64,000 nt of DNA from Akkermansiaceae bacterium UBA1315 (lineage in GTDB: Bacteria; Verrucomicrobiota; Verrucomicrobiia; Verrucomicrobiales; Akkermansiaceae): assembly GCA_002307065.1 (NCBI GenBank), contig DBTN01000037.1:18230-82229 (forward strand). The letters are read 5' to 3'. Position 1 is the first letter of the stretch, and every line of letters begins with the position of its first letter. The translations under genes were made by a program, and so were the position numbers. Positions 22,101 to 28,588 of this stretch are shown here, one piece after another. The notes beneath the pieces were generated by a model. It was not told the DNA's origin and searched no databases. It saw only the letters and a list, made by a program, of their open reading frames with translations.

Positions 22101-24585
22101 TCCAGTCCATGATATCGATCAATCCGTCCGAATTGATATCCACAAACCGCACTCCCCGATCCTGCGACGAACCGTCGAGCAAACGAGGCAATTCATAATC
22201 GCTCGCGAAGGCAATCGGCATCACATTTTCCGCAGTCTCCGAAGACGAACGAAAAACACGAATATTTCGAAATTCCGCCCATCCCATTCCGTTGGCCGCA
22301 TTGTCGTCCGAGTTGATTAATGCCAGATAATTCGCGATCCCCGTTTTGTGTTCACCCAAGTTGAAAGTATACGTTTTCCATTCCGACGGATCATAGGAAA
22401 ACGCTTCGCCGATCCATTCAGGACTTTCTCCTGTTCCGCCAATCCGGACCGCACAATCGGGTCCGTAAGTCGTCACCTTTTTCACCCCTCTGCCGGCTCG
22501 CACATACATCGAGCCCTTGTTGCTTTCATTCAAATCATCATCCAAAGCCAACACCGCACCGAACTCCAAATGATCTCCCCTAAACTCGAACTGTACCTTC
22601 GTATCCGAATGAATGGCAATGGGCGCCCCCGGGAGAGGAACGGCTCGGGAAGCATCACCTGAAAGAAGAATGCCCCGTCCTTCGTCATTGGGCATCACAT
22701 AAGCATTTCCCGTTCCGGCATTGGCCTCCAAATTGTTCCCATATAAGGGATAAGAGCCTCCGGAGCGCTTCACCCATTTCGGTTCGCCAGCGGGCAGGGT
22801 ATCCCATTCGATTTTGGTTGGGGGAACCGCCAAGTCGTTTGCGACAAATTTCTGAACTTGGGTTAATAGAGATCGGTTGGTTTGATCGCTCGTGGCGTAA
22901 GAAAGCGCATACCGGTGATTCAGATAGGATCCGGTATTGACACGGATTTCTTTGAGCCTTTTCGAAGCCCATATCCTTTTCCCTTGATGATATGAAAAAT
23001 GAATATCGGGTCTTTCTTCATAAATGCAGCGGACGGCGCAACTCGGGCTCAAACCCGTCGAAGTATTTCCCGTGTATAAAATTTCATCCACCCGATGATT
23101 TGCCACCTCGTCTGGATTCTGCGTACCATCTGAGATATAATTCACCTGATAAAAGTTACCGACGGTATCTGATACTCTTTTGATCGCCCAAGAGATCGGC
23201 GCGATCCCGGATGACGGCATCGACCTTGAATCTGCCGTAGTGCCGAACTCAAGGATCAAGCCCGCCTTTGTTTCGACCTTCCACGATGAGACTCCTGCAT
23301 TGGCATTTCCGCTGAGGCGCACTCGAGAAAAGGAATCCAGCTCTGTCCGATATTCAGATCCGTCTTCGCCATAGTTTCCCGAAACACAAACCAATCTCTC
23401 GCCATTGAGAAAGAACCGGTCATCCGGCTGAAAATCCACTGGATTTGAAAAACCGTCTTTTCCGTAAGTCGCGGTCCCCCGTGTGATGCTTTGAAGGCCA
23501 GATAGTTCAAATCCCAATCCCGCGATTCCATTTCCCCCGCCGCTTGAATAGCTCAGTGAAATCTTCGGTTCCATGCCGCCGGTTCCTTTGGGCAAATCGA
23601 TCGGGATTGAATAATTCGCCGACCCGTCGCCACCTACGGAGAAGGAACCTTTGAGTGACCCGACCGGTTGGTGGCTTCCCATGATGGTCAGTGGCGGGAT
23701 CGTGCCGATGCTTCCGACACCGGTCAGGCCATTGGCGACAGAACTGCCGGATGCCCAGAGCGAATCGAGGTAATGATCCAAGTAGGATTTTCCCGTGCCC
23801 GGTTTGAGCGCGTCGCGATCGTAAAGATTGGGATTTGAGCCATTCGCAATTTCCCAAGCATCGGGAAGCCCGTCTTTATCCGCATCCGGGAAAAGCATAT
23901 TTGCCGGATCGGCAGATAAATCATCCACCAATGTATCTCCACGGCGACTGCCGAAAAATTCCAACGACGTCAGGTTTTCCCCGCGTCCTTCGAATGACAG
24001 ATTGACCGCTGCCAATTTCCCGTCGATGAACAAGTCCCATAGATTCCGATCATAATCGTGTCGCAACGTCACGCGCATCCAAGTCTCCGAAACCGGTGCG
24101 TCACTCGAAACCTGAAAGGTCCCCGGTGTGATGAACCACTGCGACGAACCGGTCTGACCGTCTGCACCATTAAATGCCCATAGCTGGCCGGTTTGCGAAC
24201 CGGTTGGGACCTGAAATGCGATCTGGCTGCCATTCGCTACAAAGCTCGCCAAACTTCCTTCTGATTCCGCCGTTGGCTTAATTTGGAAATCGATGAACGC
24301 CGTCCGCTCTTCCGCATCCCAGGAAACTTCGCGCCGCAACCACGCTTCTTCCGATCCCTGATCGAGCCGCAACGCTTGCCCGCCGCCGACGCCCTGCCCC
24401 GTCGGCGTCACCGTTGCCGAACCCGAAACCCTGGCCCATTCCGCCGGATTCGATTCGTAGATCAGTTCCAACGGAACAAATTCCGGGGCCTCAAAATCAA
24501 TCGGCGGCAACTCGGCCAGCAATTGATTGGCGATGAGAGAAAAATTCGTGAAGAGACCGATAGCGAGTTTCAGCCGGGGGGACAT
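16102..24585 (-). CDS. Large secreted SpvB/FG-GAP/YD-RHS repeat polymorphic toxin (TcB-TcC-like single chain), 2827 aa
   Basis: Signal peptide; SpvB-like GSANYSIPIDLPKG...PKISLSYSS; multiple DxNGDG repeats; YD repeats; RHS core RGYTGHE...HMNGRIYDP...SPDP...NNPLNLTDPSG; C-terminal HEVMH. Confidence 0.93.
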   Translation of the reverse strand: MSPRLKLAIGLFTNFSLIANQLLAELPPIDFEAPEFVPLELIYESNPAEWARVSGSATVTPTGQGVGGGQALRLDQGSEEAWLRREVSWDAEERTAFIDFQIKPTAESEGSLASFVANGSQIAFQVPTGSQTGQLWAFNGADGQTGSSQWFITPGTFQVSSDAPVSETWMRVTLRHDYDRNLWDLFIDGKLAAVNLSFEGRGENLTSLEFFGSRRGDTLVDDLSADPANMLFPDADKDGLPDAWEIANGSNPNLYDRDALKPGTGKSYLDHYLDSLWASGSSVANGLTGVGSIGTIPPLTIMGSHQPVGSLKGSFSVGGDGSANYSIPIDLPKGTGGMEPKISLSYSSGGGNGIAGLGFELSGLQSITRGTATYGKDGFSNPVDFQPDDRFFLNGERLVCVSGNYGEDGSEYRTELDSFSRVRLSGNANAGVSSWKVETKAGLILEFGTTADSRSMPSSGIAPISWAIKRVSDTVGNFYQVNYISDGTQNPDEVANHRVDEILYTGNTSTGLSPSCAVRCIYEERPDIHFSYHQGKRIWASKRLKEIRVNTGSYLNHRYALSYATSDQTNRSLLTQVQKFVANDLAVPPTKIEWDTLPAGEPKWVKRSGGSYPLYGNNLEANAGTGNAYVMPNDEGRGILLSGDASRAVPLPGAPIAIHSDTKVQFEFRGDHLEFGAVLALDDDLNESNKGSMYVRAGRGVKKVTTYGPDCAVRIGGTGESPEWIGEAFSYDPSEWKTYTFNLGEHKTGIANYLALINSDDNAANGMGWAEFRNIRVFRSSSETAENVMPIAFASDYELPRLLDGSSQDRGVRFVDINSDGLIDIMDWRVLSYQEEPSKTDPQTKTIVPNTLGTAFLNTGEKFTPADFLVPPTDAPLANGSGGDNPAYWSARHDLLAKPVDINGDGTLDLFVPSIYNYLNNESRKNYRFYTFRNARWEPLSSYDQSFPYRSKNVSSSGGYGGASHTLDQEFIDMDGDDYLDLVVSTSPFGSLVANDENTLIAGPNSRTVFLNKVHLGLGWIQSDALAFPEFLKEYADGYPKPRIGFAAADLNGDGFPDYTFARGLESVYLKGRIEQTRYSQDRASWLMSAASGPSQIPSWKSPVYDYSINSSPQTAWTFPFLGATSSPNGHPVISDSLGNDAGTRLVDLNGDGLLDLLRADTVGTKKVVGRGGYTVMSYTHSYATWYNKGAGNSAAGSAWIQDSRHVVPVSLISHRDGVSGGEILDLNGDGLTDILISRDYVTQEGPSTTLPFNATNNGAFVNTGSGWREDASWGLPDGFRLRTGNSSSPAAQFVNVNGDGFPDLLAGLHANGIPQVYINQCRQEKVKAVTDGFGKDIVVEYRRLNDPSPTVGFHSRVYEKGPEFLPEGHVSVIDSRLVVSRYSEPDGMGGRRYKSQRYGDLRYDRKNETSLGFGWVEAIDELNGQWSRTEMSREYPFAGSPVSVQTKVRVDPSDVSPIFPGVSAGMKLVALETSGYAEMPSQTGIGGTIRRPVQTSSVKHTFDLDGTLKIETKTTQNLEDFDSYGFVKKSTVESLDGSKVVSTHVYHHTVDENRWHLGRLSQSTVTKSGAGKPSISKTSAFTYSTSTGLLTSETVEPGHPLSSTKTYTHDSFGNVVQATVSASGETRFSTTQYDSQGRFVIGEKNQLNHETTYQYDTQKSLLLSTIDLTGKTTRFSYDAFGTLIRTDHPDGTQTGEITGYATNAELPSSVAAWLQNNIHYFRAKESSGAPVAKVYLDANGRDLVSETTILRDATAAGTARYSKVYSVNVYDYLGRKVAASNAFAAGETPAFTYVTYDLLDRALVTQHPDGGFERIQAYGAQILDGQPVTYSKVLNRNGKSLERWEDEHGRLIQSRDPSNQTTRFHHDQEGRLMSVSIDGATLLTNTFDLFGNKTGVWEANSGSSSSTYDGLGQVLSSTNAKNQTTYFTYDILGRPVTVQKPEGTYHTYYDHAQGNGLGKPWKTTGPGGYLEEISYDSLGRPLSTRKTQFGETFTTSSTYDALGRPLTETDAGGLTVVHEYDPLYSFPVSLTLAGGPPGSNFPGVGTVLWQAGRFDSSGRALSQTLAQGVTTAASYHPTSGLLTGLSASRNGTVLQQKTYGWDTLGNLSSRSDFIVGRSEIFTYDSLNRLTQSAVSSHSGAPTTTVPPPENYTYAPNGNLLTKGSATLNYNGSRPHAVTRATVKGQQRDYVYDAAGYVISDTKRNYTWTSFGQLASVAYDEAPALSDLSLASLRPVGRVFTSFEFDAGGNRARQQKTRTTLEGTVVETTLYLGAYEREVHDSTLENVPSKTIHRHTLGGIGVYTRTETESGTAVKLTTVLKDHLGSTDLLLTGSWNGQSFSPPTLERQSFDAWGERRDATQWTAGRTEGNQPFLTSGEDYHRGYTGHEQLDDSGLIHMNGRIYDPELGRMLSPDPFVQVPEYSQNFNRFSYVMNNPLNLTDPSGFSWLSKAFHKLKNWVKKNWRTIVVIVVVAVVTWGVGAAFMAAGGAFTTTTAAGATTLSATGMAATGAIAGAVGGGLSAALNGGDIGDILRGAAIGAVQGAITGGMGNGVASSFQAGNYASTLAHIAGHGIVGGTVNEAMGGKFSDGFITAAASAAGQLLPYGNGNMVSGTIKSAAVGGTVSTLGGGKFANGAYTSAFQYMVSSGLGTLANVKKLTGKSNDLKSISEYGSDLIGKIWNFPNTLIGLAFGASGFVAEALAYPFSKKWDFGISFDNNAIQVTGHNLMMTAITFGNVISYASKFGPEVMMAAEGHTVGQHEVMHTYQGQQTGLLYLPGVLITYAFDYLMNPKYLAHGPYSLFERGPQTYGENKVWNVKQGSNLIYGQ

Positions 24586-24703
24586 GACGTGTTCTTAGGA
24601 ACACTTATCAAAAAATTTGGCAAACTTTTTCTGAAAAAATTTCCGTCTGAATCTACACCGTATTTATCTTGTAGTCAGCCTATTATGAAATCGAATAATC
24701 CGA

Positions 24704-25474
24704 TCACGTTTCTTTCACCGTGAGTTTGTCGCCTTTTAGCCACCGCCTCAAAACCCCGCTATCGCCGGTCAGATTTCCCAGCATTCGCCAATTGGAATTT
24801 CGTAAAACGTTCGCCTCGTCTTTGCCTTCGTCGACTACGCACCACGGCCGCGAGCCAGAGGAGTGAATGAATCGAAAACCGGTTTTTTCCACGATGACAA
24901 AGGCGACATGCGTATCGAGGCCGATCACATAAATTCCCGGCTCGGCATTTTCCAAACCGGCGGCGAATGCCTCGTATTCTTGCCCGACCGTGAGCAGGCA
25001 CGACTCCCTGTCCAAAAACGTCCGCAAGATATTCTCCGATGGCTGCTGCGCCAACCGGTAGCGGTCCAATCGAAATCCCGCATCGCGCAAAACCGTCGCC
25101 ACGAAATACCCACACGCCACCTGCTTTTCTCCGGGAAATTCCGCAGTGCCGTTAAAATCCCAAGGCGTCCCCAGCCAGCAGCGCATCAGCGCCGGCAGCG
25201 CCTGTTCGAGAATCAGTCGCGCATCTTGCTCGACCTTCAGCCGTTCGGCCTTCGAGCCGGTTTCGTAACGTTTCGAAAGATCGATGCGCCATCTTTCCAG
25301 GTTTTTCACCAAACCTTGATACGTCGCCAAATCCGGTTTCGGCAGGGGTTCGGCGCTGACTTGGACGAACGCGATTTTCGTCCGCAGCCAATTTCGCAAA
25401 GGCTCACGAAACCACCAACCCGCGACGCCCAAGGAGACTGCCATCAGGATAAAAAGTTTCCAAAACCCACGCAC
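24704..25474 (-). CDS. Membrane-anchored NlpC/P60-like (papain-fold) protein
   Basis: N-terminal TM helix; WLGTPWDF...ACGYFVATVL (Cys) and LDTHVAF (His) resemble the papain-like catalytic dyad. Confidence 0.55.
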   Translation of the reverse strand: MRGFWKLFILMAVSLGVAGWWFREPLRNWLRTKIAFVQVSAEPLPKPDLATYQGLVKNLERWRIDLSKRYETGSKAERLKVEQDARLILEQALPALMRCWLGTPWDFNGTAEFPGEKQVACGYFVATVLRDAGFRLDRYRLAQQPSENILRTFLDRESCLLTVGQEYEAFAAGLENAEPGIYVIGLDTHVAFVIVEKTGFRFIHSSGSRPWCVVDEGKDEANVLRNSNWRMLGNLTGDSGVLRRWLKGDKLTVKET

Positions 25475-25556
25475 CCGGAGACTCTAAACCGCAATCCGTT
25501 GCGCACAAGCTCCGTCCGCGCCTTGCAAGTTCGCCGCCACCGCTCAGATTTTCCCC

Positions 25557-26189
25557 ATGCTCAAGCAACAACGCGCCGATCACGTGCGGCATCGCCTCGA
25601 CGAATTGTATCCGGAAACGCCGATCCCGCTTGATCATACCAGCCCGTTCACCCTCCTCGTGGCCGTTTTGCTGTCCGCTCAATGCACCGATGTCCGCGTC
25701 AATCAGGTCACACCCGCGCTTTTCGCACTCGCGGATACACCGGAAAAAATGATGCACGTCCCAGTTGAGGAAATCCGCGCGATCATCCGGCCCTGCGGCC
25801 TTTCCCCGCGCAAGTCCGCTGCGATTTCCGAATTGTCAAAAATCCTCGTCGAGCAACACGGCGGCCAAGTTCCCGCCGATTTCGACGCGCTCGAAGCCTT
25901 GCCCGGCGTCGGTCATAAAACCGCTTCGGTCGTCATGGCCCAATCGTTCGGCATCCCCGCGTTTCCCGTCGACACCCACATCCATCGCCTCGCCACCCGA
26001 TGGAAACTGACTTCCGGAAAAAACGTCGTGCAGACCGAGCGCGATCTCAAAAAGCTTTTCCCGCGCGATTCTTGGAACCGCTTGCATCTGCAAATCATCT
26101 TCTACGGTCGCCAATATTGCACCGCCCGCGGCTGCGACGGCAAACGCTGCCTCCTGTGCCAGGAACTTTTCCCGCCGACAAACCGGTGA
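25557..26189 (+). CDS. nth: Endonuclease III
   Basis: LLSAQCTDVRVN, HhH LPGVGHKTA and VDTHIHR motifs. Confidence 0.95.
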   Translation: MLKQQRADHVRHRLDELYPETPIPLDHTSPFTLLVAVLLSAQCTDVRVNQVTPALFALADTPEKMMHVPVEEIRAIIRPCGLSPRKSAAISELSKILVEQHGGQVPADFDALEALPGVGHKTASVVMAQSFGIPAFPVDTHIHRLATRWKLTSGKNVVQTERDLKKLFPRDSWNRLHLQIIFYGRQYCTARGCDGKRCLLCQELFPPTNR

Positions 26190-26192
26190 TGC

Positions 26193-26405
26193 CTATTTGA
26201 AAAACAGGAAATAAAACGCCAGCGCGAAGAAACCGAACCACACCGAGGCGATATGCGCGACGCCCAGCGATCTCGCGCCCGCCGTTTCCGCCGGATCATC
26301 GCGATGCGGCCCAAACAGCACGGAATATTTCGCCAAAATCCAAATCCCAAACGCGGTCCACGAAACCATAAAAAGGACGAGTGATGTTTTGATGAGAAAG
26401 TTCAT
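26193..26405 (-). CDS. Small two-TM membrane protein, 70 aa
   Basis: Two hydrophobic helices; divergent from the MocR regulator. Confidence 0.65.
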   Translation of the reverse strand: MNFLIKTSLVLFMVSWTAFGIWILAKYSVLFGPHRDDPAETAGARSLGVAHIASVWFGFFALAFYFLFFK

Positions 26406-26453
26406 GACCGGTTTCGGGTGACACTCATCATTACGCTGGCATTTCGCGATTGG

Positions 26454-26524
26454 ACAGATACAGATTTCAGGATTCTTCGAAATACAGATACTGTACTGCT
26501 CCCGCAGTGGATCGAGTGTATCTG
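26454..26524. promoter_or_regulatory. Putative MocR operator: ACAGATAC direct repeats plus an inverted copy
   Basis: ACAGATAC at 26454 and 26484; GTATCTG at 26518. Confidence 0.55.
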
Positions 26525-26558
26525 GTGAAATGCCAAGTTCACTGTTATGATCTCATCG

Positions 26559-27983
26559 ATGTCGCAAACCGCACCGATTTATCGCGATCTTTCCGCGAAA
26601 CTTTCGGCCATGATTCGCGCGGGATCCTTTGTCGCAGGGGATAAACTTCCTTCCGTCCGGAAGTCGAGCCGTGAACACCAGGTGAGCATCACGACGGTTT
26701 TGGAGGCATACCGGTTGCTGGAAGACGAGGGCTTGATCGAATCCCGGCCGCGATCGGGCTACTACATCAAACCGCCTTCGCTACCGGTACAGTGGGAACG
26801 GGTCACCGCGAATTACCGGCCGAAGCCGACCCGCATCGAATCCTCCTCCATTTTCGAAGCGGTCATGGATTCTGTCGAAAATCGCGATATGATTCCGTTT
26901 GCCGCCGCCGCGCCGGACGACACGATCCTTTCCAGCGCAAGGCTGGCACCGATCACTGCGGCGGTTTTCCGATCCTATGGGGCCGAGGCTTTACGCTACA
27001 CACCGCCGATGGGTCGCCGGGAATTGCGCGTTGCCCTTTCCCGCCGACTGCTCGGGGCTGGCATCAAGGCGATGCCCAGCGACATCATCACGACCCACGG
27101 CGCCACGGAAGCGCTGCTCCTCGCCCTCCGCGCCGTCACTCGCCCGGGCGATCTCGTCGCGGTCGAAACGCCGACGTATTTCGGCATCCTCAATCTCATC
27201 CGTGACCTCGGCCTGCGGGCGATCGAAATCCCCGTCAGCCCCGCGACCGGTTTATCGATCGACGCGCTGGAGAAAGCCGTGAAAAAACACCGCGTCACCG
27301 CCTGCGTCGTGCAGCCGAATTTTCAGAACCCCGTCGGCTGTGTGATGCCCGCCGAACAGAAAAAACGCCTCGCCAGCCTTTCGATCACCGCCGGTTTCAC
27401 CCTCATCGAAGACGATGTTTACGGGGATCTTTCCCACGATGGCAGCCGTCCGCCATCGATCGCGCTGTATGGCGGCGACGTCATCCACTGCGGCTCCGCC
27501 TCCAAAACCATCGCCCCTGGATTGCGCGTCGGCTGGGTCGTCCCCGGCAGGCATTTGCAAGAAATCAAGCGCCTCAAAACCATCCAGTGCCCTTGGAACG
27601 CGACGCTTTCCGAACTGGTCGTCGCCGAGTTTCTCGACGGCGGAAATTACGACCGACACCTGCGCCGCATTCGGAAAATCTACGCCGCTCAGTGCGCGCG
27701 GATGCGCCAGGAAGTGCGGCGGCATTTCCCCAAATCGACCAAAATTCATTCGCCGGTCGGCGGTTTCGTTTTGTGGCTGGAAATGCCCGAGGGGTTTGAC
27801 TCGGAAGCCTACACGGTTGACGCCATCTCACGCGGCATCAGCATCGTCCCCGGCACGATTTTTTCGCCGTCTCTGGGTTTAAAAAACTGCCTGCGCATCA
27901 GTTGCGGCATCGCCTTCGAAAAGCGCACGCTCGATGCCATCGCCACCTTGGGAAAACTCGCCAACCGCTATCTTCCTTCCTGA
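26559..27983 (+). CDS. MocR/GntR family PLP-dependent transcriptional regulator
   Basis: wHTH KLPSVR...VSITTVLEAY...RPRSGYY plus an aminotransferase domain (EDDVYGDL, SASKTIAPGLRVGW). Confidence 0.94.
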   Translation: MSQTAPIYRDLSAKLSAMIRAGSFVAGDKLPSVRKSSREHQVSITTVLEAYRLLEDEGLIESRPRSGYYIKPPSLPVQWERVTANYRPKPTRIESSSIFEAVMDSVENRDMIPFAAAAPDDTILSSARLAPITAAVFRSYGAEALRYTPPMGRRELRVALSRRLLGAGIKAMPSDIITTHGATEALLLALRAVTRPGDLVAVETPTYFGILNLIRDLGLRAIEIPVSPATGLSIDALEKAVKKHRVTACVVQPNFQNPVGCVMPAEQKKRLASLSITAGFTLIEDDVYGDLSHDGSRPPSIALYGGDVIHCGSASKTIAPGLRVGWVVPGRHLQEIKRLKTIQCPWNATLSELVVAEFLDGGNYDRHLRRIRKIYAAQCARMRQEVRRHFPKSTKIHSPVGGFVLWLEMPEGFDSEAYTVDAISRGISIVPGTIFSPSLGLKNCLRISCGIAFEKRTLDAIATLGKLANRYLPS

Positions 27984-27988
27984 AAAAC

Positions 27989-28576
27989 ATGTCTCCCTAC
28001 GAACAAGCCCGCCGGCAGATTGACGCCGCCCACGCTGCCGATCCAGACCGGCTGCCCGATGGCTCTCCCGCCGCCCTCGTTTATGCCAATCGGATGGAAA
28101 CCTGGGTTCAAAAACTCGTCCCGGATGCTCCGGAAATATTGCGGCTCGCCGCCCGCTGCCAACATCTCGAGCGCTGGAAAACCCCGCGCGATTCATTTCC
28201 CAAAGACCGCACCGGCTATCTCACTTGGCGGAAATCGCTCTACCAAACTCAAGCGGAACGGGCGAAATCCATCTTTCTCCAAACCGGTATTTCCCCCGAG
28301 GAAGCAGAAGCCGCCGCAGTCTGGATTTCCAAAACCGGTCTGAAATCCAACGCTGGAACTCAGGCGCTCGAAGATGCCGCCGTGCTCGTGTTTCTCGAAC
28401 ACGAAATCGCCGGTTTCGCCGCCAGCCACGCGGACTACCCGCGTGAAAAATACATCGGCATCCTTCGGAAAAGTTGGAACAAGATCACCCCCGCCGCGCA
28501 GGCCTTCGCCACGCAACTTCCTTTCCCACCCGCCATCGCCAGCTTGATCGAAGAAGCGATCCGCGGTCCTCAGTGA
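27989..28576 (+). CDS. DUF4202-family protein
   Basis: IDAAHAADP, LRLAARCQHLERW..PR...YL.WR and QALEDAAVLVFLE patterns. Confidence 0.8.
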   Translation: MSPYEQARRQIDAAHAADPDRLPDGSPAALVYANRMETWVQKLVPDAPEILRLAARCQHLERWKTPRDSFPKDRTGYLTWRKSLYQTQAERAKSIFLQTGISPEEAEAAAVWISKTGLKSNAGTQALEDAAVLVFLEHEIAGFAASHADYPREKYIGILRKSWNKITPAAQAFATQLPFPPAIASLIEEAIRGPQ

Positions 28577-28588
28577 AATTCCGGACAA

